A DNA stretch of 32,000 nt from Candidatus Thorarchaeota archaeon (lineage in GTDB: Archaea; Asgardarchaeota; Heimdallarchaeia; Hodarchaeales; Hodarchaeaceae), in the NCBI GenBank assembly GCA_048882505.1, contig JBHLRO010000022.1:31362-63361 (forward strand). Reading direction: 5' to 3'. A model generated the notes under the pieces. The model did not search any database and was not told where the DNA came from. It saw only the letters and a list, made by a program, of their open reading frames with translations. This document shows, one piece after another, positions 9,031 through 18,837 of this stretch (its first letter is position 1; the number at the start of each line of letters is the position of its first letter). The position numbers were made by a program, and so were the translations under genes.

Positions 9031-10179
9031 TTAACTGAGCCGCTGTAATGCCTCAATTACCTTGGATTGTGTTTGCTTCCGCTCTTCTAGTTCTCGTTTG
9101 AGGTAATCGATACTCGAGACTGTGCTTGGATCCTTGTGATTCAACATGGCCAGGTAGATACTGATGAAGTCAAATAAGTATGTAACAGACAGCAGTTGGC
9201 TAAGCAAGTGGACTCCCTTGCCATGGACCTCGATGAGTTCACACTTTGGACTTACGATTCTCTTACTGATCTCGAAACGTAAACGAACGTATTGATGCTC
9301 TGTTGGGAATCGTATCGCCAATACTAGGAAAGGGTAATCGTTTTTTTCGTACCCTTCCCATCCAACTATATGATTATGGTTTAGTTCGGGTAATTCCTCA
9401 GAGATCGCTAGCATCTTTGAATTCTCGTTGAACTGACACTTAATTCGATTTGCAACACATCCATACGGGGCCCAAATAACGGGTATTTTTTGAAACAGAT
9501 TCATCGCGGTATTTTTTGCACTGTTCTCAGGTAAATTAACATCAGGACGACATTGATCTCGTATATCTCGAAGGTTATACAATAATTCATCGATTGCGGT
9601 CCCTTGCAAACTTATCATATCGAATGATTGAAAAATCTTCACCAAAGCAAGAAAAATGAGTGGAAACGCTGCTCGTGGTTGAAAACCCCCTGGAATTTCG
9701 AAATGTGGTAGGGAATTCTCCTCAAAAAATCTGGTAATATAACCTCCTGAAGATATCCCTACAACAGGGCAGCCTTTTTCGAGAGCTAAGAGAAGACAGG
9801 ACAGGGTTTCCTCAGTGTTTCCAGAATAAGATACCAAACATACTAATGTATCTTTTCCAACAAATTTAGGAAGATTGTAATTCCTAATCACAGTAACGGG
9901 AATTTGCAGCGGAAATATTACCTTAACATAATCGCCACTAACAGCTGAACCCCCCATCCCGCAAATAATGATGCTATTCGGTTTTTCTACATATGAAACT
10001 TCGAACTTATCTGTTTTAATGTGAGAAGGTATTGTAAAATCACGCGAAAGAAGAACCTCTATCAATTCAGGCAGACTGTACACCTGGTTCAACATGTTTT
10101 TGGGATCGTATTCTTTCATTTGAGCCGTATTATTTAAATCCATAAAATCCGCTCCGACTAAGAATTGATAGTATGACAA
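9031..10179 (-). CDS. Bifunctional phosphoglucose/phosphomannose isomerase (SIS domain)
   Basis: Motifs GMGGSAVSG, SYSGNTEETL, GFQPRAA, KCQFNENSK and PELNHN. Confidence 0.93.
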   Translation of the reverse strand: MSYYQFLVGADFMDLNNTAQMKEYDPKNMLNQVYSLPELIEVLLSRDFTIPSHIKTDKFEVSYVEKPNSIIICGMGGSAVSGDYVKVIFPLQIPVTVIRNYNLPKFVGKDTLVCLVSYSGNTEETLSCLLLALEKGCPVVGISSGGYITRFFEENSLPHFEIPGGFQPRAAFPLIFLALVKIFQSFDMISLQGTAIDELLYNLRDIRDQCRPDVNLPENSAKNTAMNLFQKIPVIWAPYGCVANRIKCQFNENSKMLAISEELPELNHNHIVGWEGYEKNDYPFLVLAIRFPTEHQYVRLRFEISKRIVSPKCELIEVHGKGVHLLSQLLSVTYLFDFISIYLAMLNHKDPSTVSSIDYLKRELEERKQTQSKVIEALQRLS

Positions 10180-10266
10180 TCATCAATTAAAACATGAACT
10201 TCATAATGTGTTCTAGGTACTATCCTTCCTTTTTGCGTTTTTTTACGGTTATTGTTTTGATGTATT

Positions 10267-10728
10267 ATGCGAGGAACATTCCTCCGACTTCTTAGTTTTC
10301 TCGGTGAAACCGGATACTATGCGCGAACGCCAAATGAAAAAGAAATCTTGTCGGAATTAACTGAAACAGGAGTTGTCCAATTAAAAAAGAGAACGAAAAA
10401 CGTTTATACACTTACTCGTGAGGGGTATCAGTTGGTTAGCGAGAGATCAGCGAATACCCCCCAAGTTTCTGATGACCAATTCCTCCAATGGCTAAGAAAA
10501 GCTTATCAACAATTGGCCAATCCTCTTAACCCATTGGTTAAAATACCAGATCTCAGAACTCGATTAAGCACTAAATGTCACGATGCTGTTTTTGAGAAAA
10601 AAATGCTGGACTTTCATGATCAAGGAGTCTTGACTCTTCACACAGCATTTTCAAAACAACATGCGGAAGGTGGGATAGAATCAAGAACCAAACCTGGGGT
10701 ATATTACTACGTGATGTTTGAGGCATAG
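10267..10728 (+). CDS. Winged-helix domain protein, probably two wHTH modules
   Basis: LSELTETGVVQ....NVYTLTREG is a wHTH wing. The C-terminal LVKIPDLRTRL...FEKKMLDFHDQGVLTL is a second helix-wing unit. Confidence 0.6.
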   Translation: MRGTFLRLLSFLGETGYYARTPNEKEILSELTETGVVQLKKRTKNVYTLTREGYQLVSERSANTPQVSDDQFLQWLRKAYQQLANPLNPLVKIPDLRTRLSTKCHDAVFEKKMLDFHDQGVLTLHTAFSKQHAEGGIESRTKPGVYYYVMFEA

Positions 10729-10733
10729 TTACT

Positions 10734-12098
10734 ATGAGCCATCCTGCCACAATTATTACAGAAAATCCATTTCATACCTTTGTTGCACGCCCAGACGTTC
10801 CTGTACGTTTTAATCTTAACCGACCCAATCAAATGGCAGTTGATAATGTCAAACGATTTTTAAAGATAATAAGAGCCAAAAAACGAGAAAACGTCCTTCT
10901 TCCAATTATTGCAGAAGCGGGATCAGGCAAAACGCATCTCTTTCATGTAATTCGGGAAGTTGTGACGGATGCTTACGCAGTATACATTCCAGTCCCCATC
11001 AATACCGAGCGGATATTTGCTCATATTTATTTTGAAACGGTGAAGGCAGGTGGGGCATTGCTTCTTGAGTGGGTAGCGGATTATCTAGAGCAAACTTACA
11101 AATCTGTCGAAAACGCAGCTTTGGAATTCCCTGGAATGACCAATATAGTAATTACTGGTTTTTTTGCTCTAAAGGATCCTAAACAGGCCAAAATAGCCCT
11201 AAAATGGTTAACAGGTTTTGATGTGGACTCTGAGACAGTCCATTTTAAGCGGACAATAATGGACGATGAAGATCTTGCATTTGCCGCGCTACAATTAATT
11301 CTTAGGGTGATTGACAAACCCATTATCTTTTTTATAGATGAAGTCGAATCTTTATTTATTTCACAGGGCCCTGAAGCAGAACTTCGGTTTTTGGAGACAA
11401 TAAAGAAATTAGTTAACGAGGCTTCAAATTTTCTTATGTGTCTTGCCTGTTTGATCACCCTATGGGATAAAATTCTGGATCTTTCAAGCACTGCATTTCA
11501 AGGACGGATTGAACCACCAATTGTGCTGAAACATTTCACAAAAGAAGACATAAATGACTATTGTCAATCTGTTCTTCCTGAATTCCACGTTAGGTTTGAT
11601 ATTTCGCCTCCAGATCCTCTGTGGCCATTAGAAAAGGGAGATATCGAATCTTCATACGCGTACTCACATGGAAATCCTAGAGAAGCTATCAAATGGTTAG
11701 CAGGAATAATAGAGAAGAGAAAGATTGCACTTCTGGAAACATTGGATACAAATCAACAGTACCTTACTAGAATTGGTTCAAGAGTAAAAACCAAAATTGA
11801 ACATGTCATCAAAGGTACGGTTGGGCTCCTCCATAAAAATCATGGGCTTTTGGTTCCCGTTTCAAATGAAGACCTTCGCATTTTGGTCGTAATACCTCCC
11901 CATAACACCGTGTCTGACCTATTTCAGGAATCATTTTGGGCTGCAGTTGCTCGTAGAACCACAAATGAAGATTATGATAAAATTATCTCGATAGGTGAAG
12001 AGGAAGACATGGAACAACAAAAGACCAAGCTAGAATATGAATATTTTACTGAAGGGGAATTTGAAGAAGGTCTAGCGACAATATTGGACGTCAAATGA
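10734..12098 (+). CDS. AAA+-type P-loop ATPase with an uncharacterised C-terminal domain
   Basis: Walker A AEAGSGKTHL, Walker B IFFIDEVE, Arg-finger-like AFQGRI and lid motif GNPRE. It starts 5 bp after the wHTH gene. Confidence 0.8.
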   Translation: MSHPATIITENPFHTFVARPDVPVRFNLNRPNQMAVDNVKRFLKIIRAKKRENVLLPIIAEAGSGKTHLFHVIREVVTDAYAVYIPVPINTERIFAHIYFETVKAGGALLLEWVADYLEQTYKSVENAALEFPGMTNIVITGFFALKDPKQAKIALKWLTGFDVDSETVHFKRTIMDDEDLAFAALQLILRVIDKPIIFFIDEVESLFISQGPEAELRFLETIKKLVNEASNFLMCLACLITLWDKILDLSSTAFQGRIEPPIVLKHFTKEDINDYCQSVLPEFHVRFDISPPDPLWPLEKGDIESSYAYSHGNPREAIKWLAGIIEKRKIALLETLDTNQQYLTRIGSRVKTKIEHVIKGTVGLLHKNHGLLVPVSNEDLRILVVIPPHNTVSDLFQESFWAAVARRTTNEDYDKIISIGEEEDMEQQKTKLEYEYFTEGEFEEGLATILDVK

Positions 12099-12408
12099 TC
12101 TTAAAGACCAAAAGGAAAATAAAAGATTAAAAGGTCCTAGGTTTGGCTAGGATCGGATATTTCACCAAAACAAAATCCGAATAGTTTGTTTAAAATTGTT
12201 TAAAAAAAATAAACCGCATTTGATTGTTGAAATTAGTTTCAAGGTATTCGATCGAAATATCATGGAAACCATTTCATCAGGAGATTATCCCTCGGCTCAT
12301 GTATAGAAAAGAATGAGAAATTCTTGTTAAAGAAAGGCTATTGTCCTCTCTTTCTGGATGAAAATGACATAAAAAACATGAACTACTTGGTTCAATCTCA
12401 AATTCCTA

Positions 12409-13341
12409 ATGGTGAGTGAACTTAACATGGTCAGCGGAATTTACATTTTGAATAAAGAGACAAGCATACCATTATATTCCGTGCCTATCACAAAAGACGG
12501 TTTTAATCCGAATAATGGTGATTTGGTATCAGGATTGATGGGCGCAATAGTGAAATTTAGCGAACACATCCAAATCGGGCAAATCACAAACTTCGATACA
12601 CAGGAGCACAAAATCATTGTTGCCAGTTCTGCCAGTAATATCCTCAGTCTAGTTTATGACCAAAAACGCCAATCAATTAGGGACCCACATTACCTTGCGG
12701 CCTATTTATTGGATGAATTTGAGCGAAAGTACCCCGAACTTAGGGATTCTGAACCACCTGTTGATTTTGACACGACTGGTTTTGATAAGATAATTAGCGA
12801 TGCCCTTTCACTGAATATGCTTCCGTTTTTCTATAATGTGGTCAAATGGGCTAAGAAGGAATATGGAGGGGAGCCGCTTCTGCATCAGCAGGCTTATACT
12901 GAAAATGAAGAACCAGTTGTCATTGACATAATGTTAGATCGGGGCAATCGTGATATAAAAGGGATCTTAGATCGGGTAGCAAGTCGTGTTATCGGTGAAG
13001 ACTTTTCAAAGGATATAATTTACATAAAGGTAGTCGACGGCCAGGCAGGTGCGGGAGAAATTCGAGAATTTCTTAACATGTGTTCAGCATTTGGGAGACG
13101 TCGGGGACATGACTCTATACCCTCTTACTTTCCCTCAATTGCAGTAGTAGTAGCTAGAAGTTATAGTCCTACAGTTCCCCGGATTTTTGCGGAGCTTCAA
13201 AACAATGGGGATGCTCACTATCTCATACCAGAAGCCGCCCCTAGAATTGCTAAATCAATTAACAAACCTCCGAAATCACACCAATGCCTAATCCAATGCT
13301 GGCAATGGGATAAACAGTACCCTGATCTCGTTTATGAATAA
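12409..13341 (+). CDS. Longin-like domain fused to a putative PD-(D/E)xK (Mrr-like) fold domain
   Basis: The N-terminus GIYILNKETSIPLYS...DLVSGLMGAIVKFS...ITNF..QEHKIIV is the typical Asgard longin pattern. The C-terminus has VIDIMLD...IIYIKVVDGQAG.GEI.EF...AVVVARSYS. Confidence 0.6.
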   Translation: MVSELNMVSGIYILNKETSIPLYSVPITKDGFNPNNGDLVSGLMGAIVKFSEHIQIGQITNFDTQEHKIIVASSASNILSLVYDQKRQSIRDPHYLAAYLLDEFERKYPELRDSEPPVDFDTTGFDKIISDALSLNMLPFFYNVVKWAKKEYGGEPLLHQQAYTENEEPVVIDIMLDRGNRDIKGILDRVASRVIGEDFSKDIIYIKVVDGQAGAGEIREFLNMCSAFGRRRGHDSIPSYFPSIAVVVARSYSPTVPRIFAELQNNGDAHYLIPEAAPRIAKSINKPPKSHQCLIQCWQWDKQYPDLVYE

Positions 13342-13343
13342 AA

Positions 13344-14660
13344 TTAGGCCCATTTCTTGGGCATTTCAGGCCCCCAGCCTTCAGGTATCGTTCCAGTAGC
13401 AAAAACCGTGAGTCGATGCTTGAAGCCCTTCAAAAGAGAATTTGTTGCCTTGTGCATCTCTGATGGCTCTATTTGCACTAGTTCAGAGTACATTTTATCG
13501 GGGAAAATAGGTTCTCGGAATTTGAGGAATTTTTGTAGAAAGTCCACGCCGTAGGAAGAAGGATCTTCGATTTCGCTCAAATAGTTCCCCCAAACTTCTT
13601 CAATCAAGGTATTAACCATCGGCTGGGTCCATTCAATATCCTCCAATCTCGCGACTGTATTCATCACTTCTTCAAATACGTTCGGAGTTTGATTAGGGGG
13701 AGCCACAAACAAGATCGAAGCGGCAGAAATATCATGTAGAGGTTCAAAGCCATATCCGCAGACACCTGCAATGCCTTTACTAACTATTTCTCTGTATAAA
13801 AGAGAAGTTCTTGAGTTTCCGATATACGTGTTCAGTAGGAGGAGCGGAAAAATATGTTCCGATGAGATCCCGGGCGCATCTACGCACAATCCTACGTAAC
13901 AGAGAGGTTTATCGCTAAGTTGGGTACGGTACTTTATATTTTCATCACGTTTACCGAGGATGACGGGTGGGGGGTGTTCTGGGTTTGCTCTTGGATTTTC
14001 GATCGGGCTATCGAAGAGATCTGTGAGAAATTCTTTCCCTTCATCTACTTGAAAGCCACCACATAAACCCAAAGCTGCATTGTCGAGGGTATAGTATTTG
14101 TTAACATACGTTTCGATCATTGGGATATCCATACCCCTTACAGACTCAGGGCTACCAAGGATCGTATGCTCGAGAGGAGTACCTTCAAAATGCAATTTAC
14201 GAGCTGTAAATAGCGCATGTCTTGCTGGATTATCTAACGTCAACAAGATTTCCTGGATTACCACATCTTTCTCGGATTTCAGTTCCACGGGATCTAGTCG
14301 ACGGTTGAGCAGTAACTCACGCCAGATCTGAGCTGCTGTCTTTAAGTGTCTTGTAGGAACCTTAGCGTAGTAAATTGTGTGATCAAAACTGGTATAGGCA
14401 TTCAATTCAGCCCCCATACGAGTGAAGGCTTCATTTACTTCTTGGGTCGAGTATGAGGGGGTTCCCTTAAATGCCATATGCTCAAATAGGTGACTAATCC
14501 CATCTGTAGAGCCAGTGCCAAATCCTATCTCCATCATAGAGCCAACATTGTACGCTATTGCAAATAAGGTTGTTCTTGCCCTGGGAATTCCCACGAGATG
14601 CATTTGTAACCCATTGGGCAGAGAAGCGGACTCTATTTCCTCCTCTACTTTGGTTTTCAC
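13344..14660 (-). CDS. M16B zinc peptidase, catalytic subunit
   Basis: Inverted zinc motif HLFEHMAFKGT, NAYTSFDHT.Y and the distal EKDVVIQE. Confidence 0.92.
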   Translation of the reverse strand: MKTKVEEEIESASLPNGLQMHLVGIPRARTTLFAIAYNVGSMMEIGFGTGSTDGISHLFEHMAFKGTPSYSTQEVNEAFTRMGAELNAYTSFDHTIYYAKVPTRHLKTAAQIWRELLLNRRLDPVELKSEKDVVIQEILLTLDNPARHALFTARKLHFEGTPLEHTILGSPESVRGMDIPMIETYVNKYYTLDNAALGLCGGFQVDEGKEFLTDLFDSPIENPRANPEHPPPVILGKRDENIKYRTQLSDKPLCYVGLCVDAPGISSEHIFPLLLLNTYIGNSRTSLLYREIVSKGIAGVCGYGFEPLHDISAASILFVAPPNQTPNVFEEVMNTVARLEDIEWTQPMVNTLIEEVWGNYLSEIEDPSSYGVDFLQKFLKFREPIFPDKMYSELVQIEPSEMHKATNSLLKGFKHRLTVFATGTIPEGWGPEMPKKWA

Positions 14661-14666
14661 CTTGGT

Positions 14667-15917
14667 TCACCCTATGGTAATTTCTATCTCAGTTTTCCAT
14701 TGCTCATTAAGGACAGATGGTTTGATATTGCCTGAAGCGGCCAAGCTAAAGTTTTCAGGAGCAAGAATGTCCTTCCACCATAGTGTCAGCTCTTTTGGAT
14801 CAACCTTTCCGATTTCAGCATAAATATTCTCGATCGATTCTTCTAATCCGTGAATACGACGATTGATCATCTTTCCCGTAATTCCCAAGCAGCTATCGAA
14901 ATCAAGATCCAGTCCGTTTATCAAGAAATCCTTTGTGGTTTCGAATTCCCGCTTTGAAACAGGCTTCCTTCCCAAATCTATAATCAGATCAGTCAATCTT
15001 CCTAGAGCTTCCCCCACGCGTGCTGGATTAGTTTCCATAAAACACCTGAGAATCAGGGTATCGTTAATGACGCTCATATTTGACCCGGTAATATATCCCA
15101 ATCCCAATTCGTCTCGTAGAACACGAAACATGCGGGAACCAAACGATTCACCCAGTAGTGCACTTGAAAAACGACAAAATGCTACATTCAAAGGAGTAGC
15201 AGCCGTAGTTACGTTTAAACAAAGATATGCATTCTGATCCGTCGGTACTGGGGACAATACCGAGACTTTCTTTCCATTTTTCCGTTTGGGAAACTTGGTA
15301 TGCTCGCTAACGGGTAATTTTCTAGGGGAAAATTCTTCAAACTTCTTTTGTACCTTGGATAGAATAGTTCTATTGAAGTTTCCAACTAAAAAGCCAAACA
15401 TGTTCTCGCGAAACTTTGAGAGTGTAGCACTCAAATCCTCTATGCCAATTTTACTTAGAGACTCTTCATCACCAAATTGCGAACGACCCAACAGATGATT
15501 CGGGCCAAATATTGCTCTATCAGCATCAAAAAAGAGCATCTTTTGTAAGGAGCTCGCCTTAATTTGCTGAACGGTTTGGATTAGTTTTTCGCGTTCAATT
15601 TCAAATGCCATTGGATTTAGGATGGGAGTGGAAATAAGATCGAACAGGAGATCCAGCACGTCGTCAGAATACCTGGGAAGAACCCGGCAACCAAATATTG
15701 AGTAATCTTTTTCTACGGCGGTGAAGAATACCCCACCTTTGCCATCAATAAGTTTCGCAACCTCTGGTTCAGAATAACGAGAACTACCACGTTTCATAAC
15801 CTGAGCTAACACCGTGGTAGTTCCTCCTACTAAATCGTTCGCTGCTCCGTGTTTTGTTACTAAACCAAGAGTGCATGTCCTAAAATGGTCATAAGGGTGA
15901 ACCATTGACAATTCCAT
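14667..15917 (-). CDS. M16B peptidase, non-catalytic partner subunit
   Basis: M16 fold motifs (MKRGS, FEIEREK, LGESFGSRMFRVLRDELGLGY) without HxxEH; 6 bp from the catalytic gene. Confidence 0.88.
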   Translation of the reverse strand: MELSMVHPYDHFRTCTLGLVTKHGAANDLVGGTTTVLAQVMKRGSSRYSEPEVAKLIDGKGGVFFTAVEKDYSIFGCRVLPRYSDDVLDLLFDLISTPILNPMAFEIEREKLIQTVQQIKASSLQKMLFFDADRAIFGPNHLLGRSQFGDEESLSKIGIEDLSATLSKFRENMFGFLVGNFNRTILSKVQKKFEEFSPRKLPVSEHTKFPKRKNGKKVSVLSPVPTDQNAYLCLNVTTAATPLNVAFCRFSSALLGESFGSRMFRVLRDELGLGYITGSNMSVINDTLILRCFMETNPARVGEALGRLTDLIIDLGRKPVSKREFETTKDFLINGLDLDFDSCLGITGKMINRRIHGLEESIENIYAEIGKVDPKELTLWWKDILAPENFSLAASGNIKPSVLNEQWKTEIEITIG

Positions 15918-15966
15918 GTCTCATCCACCAAAGATTAGCAGAAAAAGGTACCGAGAGAGAAGAGGG

Positions 15967-17598
15967 CTAACTGGAAAGATCTAAGGCTGCCTTTTGGGTT
16001 GGAGCTAGCTTTGCTCGACCCTTTTTCCACCACCATATACCCCCTAGGATTAATGCTCCAATAAATACAAGTACTTCTAAAGTTATCACCACAATGTCCA
16101 TTGAGATTGAGTCTGCTAGTGTAGGAAGGACATAGGCCAATTGGGTCGCCAATGTTGCCTGAAGGTTAACACCAAACAAAAAATCAAGAGCAGGAAGAGT
16201 GCCTCCAGCCAAGGTTCCAAGGCTCGCGATAAGCTGGCCAAATCGATGGCTACTTACACTCAGCCTAGGTAGAATCATTTCTTGGAGTAAAGTCCCCCGT
16301 TCGTTTCTAATGTAGATTTTTCCGTTTAACGGGGTCGATCTGAGACCAGGATCCACTAATGGTGTTACAAAGAATACAAGTTCCATGGGGAAGTTCTGTG
16401 ATTCAATATTTACCCGTTGGTATGTTGGTTGAACCAAACATCCAGAAAGAAGCGGTTCAACATGCAATTGACGGGTTGGTTCTACTAGTTCGAATTTATC
16501 TCGAACTTCTGTCTCCTGTTCACCTGAAAAGACGTGAGTTTTATCTCGCATGATCTCTCTTGCTCGAGACGACAACGTAACTGTAAAAGGATAGGTTTTC
16601 CGAGGATTCATTCGAGAGAAGTAATGGAGATGTGTGTGTATCGTTCGAGGAGAGGGTTTCTGCCCGATAGTAACTTCATCCGCAGAGGTATCTACTTCCG
16701 ACTCTCTTGGTTTGGCCTTAGACATTTCATCGGAAGCGGGAGCTGGCATACCAGCAGCGAGATCATCCCCCACCGTCGAAGATGAGATTGAAAGAAAGGA
16801 GTCTTCCATTGGGGTAGGTTCAGGGGTAGTTGGAGGCGGTTCGGGAATAGCAGCCAAAGAGGGAGAACTTGGGGTCTTTCGACTCTTTTTCTGCTTATCC
16901 TCGATCCCACTGGAACTCACAGAAGTAGGCTTTGGAGCAGGTTGTGGTGGGCGTATGGCTTGACCAGGAGGAGGTGGAGGAGCTGCCTTTGCGCGAGCTG
17001 GTGCGCGGCGGCTCCTCAATTCAGACAGTTCTTCTTTTTCTTCCTCCTTTCCTTCTTCACCGGGAAGATCGCCAGATTTTTCCCATAAAGAAGATAGGGT
17101 ATCTGGAGTAAGTTCCGATTCTTCCTTGGTCAAGATTGCCTCTGGTGGGGCTTTGGAAGATTTTTCCAGAAGTTCTAAGTCTGCCTTACTGTCAAGAATC
17201 TCCTCTAGTTTACTAGACAGCTCTGCTGCTGCCTTTGAGTAAATTATATCTGAAGATAGGGCCATTTCGGTTAGAAGGGCCTGGAGTTCGGATTGTTCGG
17301 CGAGGAAGTGCCATGTAGCCACCGCTTTAAGGAGAACATTGATTAACATCAATCTTCCAGCATCTGTTCCATTTCTCAGCACCGAGAGGATCATGGGAAC
17401 AAATTTTTGTGGAGAAGGGAGAAAATATTCTTGGAGTTTAGCAACCAAGTAATGCACAAATTCGTCATGATCAATCCAGGGTGAATCTTCGGGGAGAGAT
17501 AATAGAAACTTAGGGACAAAATCTAGAAAGTTCTCTGCGGAGTGTAATGAGAATGGAAAAATCATCAGGAAACCAACCAATACTATTTGAACAGTCAT
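15967..17598 (-). CDS. Multidomain protein: helical N-domain, long Pro/Ser/Glu-rich linker, beta-rich domain, C-terminal TM anchor
   Basis: 543-aa ORF with low-complexity AAPPPPPGQAIRPPQPAPKP and PEPPPTTPEPTP, and a hydrophobic C-terminus ending GGIWWWKKGR. The exact start is uncertain. Confidence 0.75.
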   Translation of the reverse strand: MTVQIVLVGFLMIFPFSLHSAENFLDFVPKFLLSLPEDSPWIDHDEFVHYLVAKLQEYFLPSPQKFVPMILSVLRNGTDAGRLMLINVLLKAVATWHFLAEQSELQALLTEMALSSDIIYSKAAAELSSKLEEILDSKADLELLEKSSKAPPEAILTKEESELTPDTLSSLWEKSGDLPGEEGKEEEKEELSELRSRRAPARAKAAPPPPPGQAIRPPQPAPKPTSVSSSGIEDKQKKSRKTPSSPSLAAIPEPPPTTPEPTPMEDSFLSISSSTVGDDLAAGMPAPASDEMSKAKPRESEVDTSADEVTIGQKPSPRTIHTHLHYFSRMNPRKTYPFTVTLSSRAREIMRDKTHVFSGEQETEVRDKFELVEPTRQLHVEPLLSGCLVQPTYQRVNIESQNFPMELVFFVTPLVDPGLRSTPLNGKIYIRNERGTLLQEMILPRLSVSSHRFGQLIASLGTLAGGTLPALDFLFGVNLQATLATQLAYVLPTLADSISMDIVVITLEVLVFIGALILGGIWWWKKGRAKLAPTQKAALDLSS

Positions 17599-18117
17599 TG
17601 GTGTTCAAAAATATATCCTTTTCCCAGTAACGCCAGGAATGGGTGGCGATTGGTGTTCATCATCAATATATCTTTATTTCAACCTAGACATACCGAGGAG
17701 CTTCCCCAACAGGCTCGAATTCTCTCGTTCAGATATCAGGTAGAATTTTTTTTAAATTTGCATGAGGATTCCCGCCATCTCCATACTCGGTGGGATGCTT
17801 AGTGCTTGACGATACTCTAAGATTTCTGTATACAAATCATGTAACAAATGAAAGTTATTAACTGATTATCTAAAGAAAGACCTGGTAGAGCGCAAATAGT
17901 TCGGGTATGGATGTTTCCCTTGGGATTTTAAGTTCGTTTATCATTCTTTTCAAATTTCGCCAAAGATTCAGGATGTCTTGCCTGGAAATCCACGAGACTT
18001 ATTCAGAAAACTCTAAGGAAATGAATTTCATGGCCTATTTGTGTCCCCTCCTGATGATCGATAGAATGTTGACTTATTTTCACCGTCATATAGGCGTAGT
18101 GAGCGATCTTTGTTAAG

Positions 18118-18564
18118 TCATTTAAGGTTAAGATGTTCTTGATAGATAGTAAGTTCACGTAGAATCTCTGATATGATCTTATCATAGGGCCGCAAAAGTC
18201 GAATTAAAACTTTATCCTGAAACATTTCCGTTGGTGAGAGTCCCTGCCTAATTAACTCTGGCAATCCACTTGGAACGTAAACGATCCCTTCCCGAATTAA
18301 GCGATAGATCTCCTGAAGCACCCGTGCCTTCTCCTCTATGGTTTTAATGTCTAAGGCGTCAAGAATCTCAGGAAGATTCTGCTGGGGAGCATCTTTAAAC
18401 GAAAGAAGCAAGATAACTCTCTCCATTAACTGAGCTATGCGCTCTGCATCAGCTTTTTCTTTTGAGGAACCCTTTCGCTCGGCTACGCCGTTCTTCTCCT
18501 TTAAAAGAAATAATTTCCCGAGAATTCTATCGGTTTTCTCTTGCGTATTTGATGTTGGGCACAT
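18118..18564 (-). CDS. Hypothetical protein, possible central wHTH
   Basis: 148-aa ORF; LPEILDALDI...VLQEIYRLIREGIVYV resembles a wHTH core. Confidence 0.6.
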   Translation of the reverse strand: MCPTSNTQEKTDRILGKLFLLKEKNGVAERKGSSKEKADAERIAQLMERVILLLSFKDAPQQNLPEILDALDIKTIEEKARVLQEIYRLIREGIVYVPSGLPELIRQGLSPTEMFQDKVLIRLLRPYDKIISEILRELTIYQEHLNLK

Positions 18565-18837
18565 TAGAAATCCTGCTTAGCTTTGGCTAGCTCGGAAAAG
18601 CTAGCACGATAACGACCACGGAGTCTTCCAGAAAAGCTAGGAAAATATCTGCATAACATCTTCCCGTATCAACGCGTGCGGTATATGGACAACTGAGGAT
18701 GGCCTATCTAAGGCGTCTAATTATCGGGATCTTATATAAAAACGCCAAAAAAGGAATTCTTTAAACTTCGAACACTTCCGAAAAACATTGAGGAAAGGAG
18801 TATTAAGCAAGCTCGAGTCAAAGTAAAATGGATAAAA

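Noticed and set aside
12186-12205. Tandem TTGTTTAAAA x2 in AT-rich intergenic DNA
   Set aside because: Low complexity and only two copies; not an iteron array or CRISPR.
17878-17945. CCTGGTAGAGCGC resembling a tRNA D-arm
   Set aside because: There is no pairing acceptor stem and no canonical GGTTCRAATCC T-arm at the right distance.
17870-18031. Minus-strand frame MKFISLEFSE*VSWISRQDILNLWRNLKRMINELKIPRETS...
   Set aside because: It looks protein-like but is short, interrupted and has no recognisable homology.
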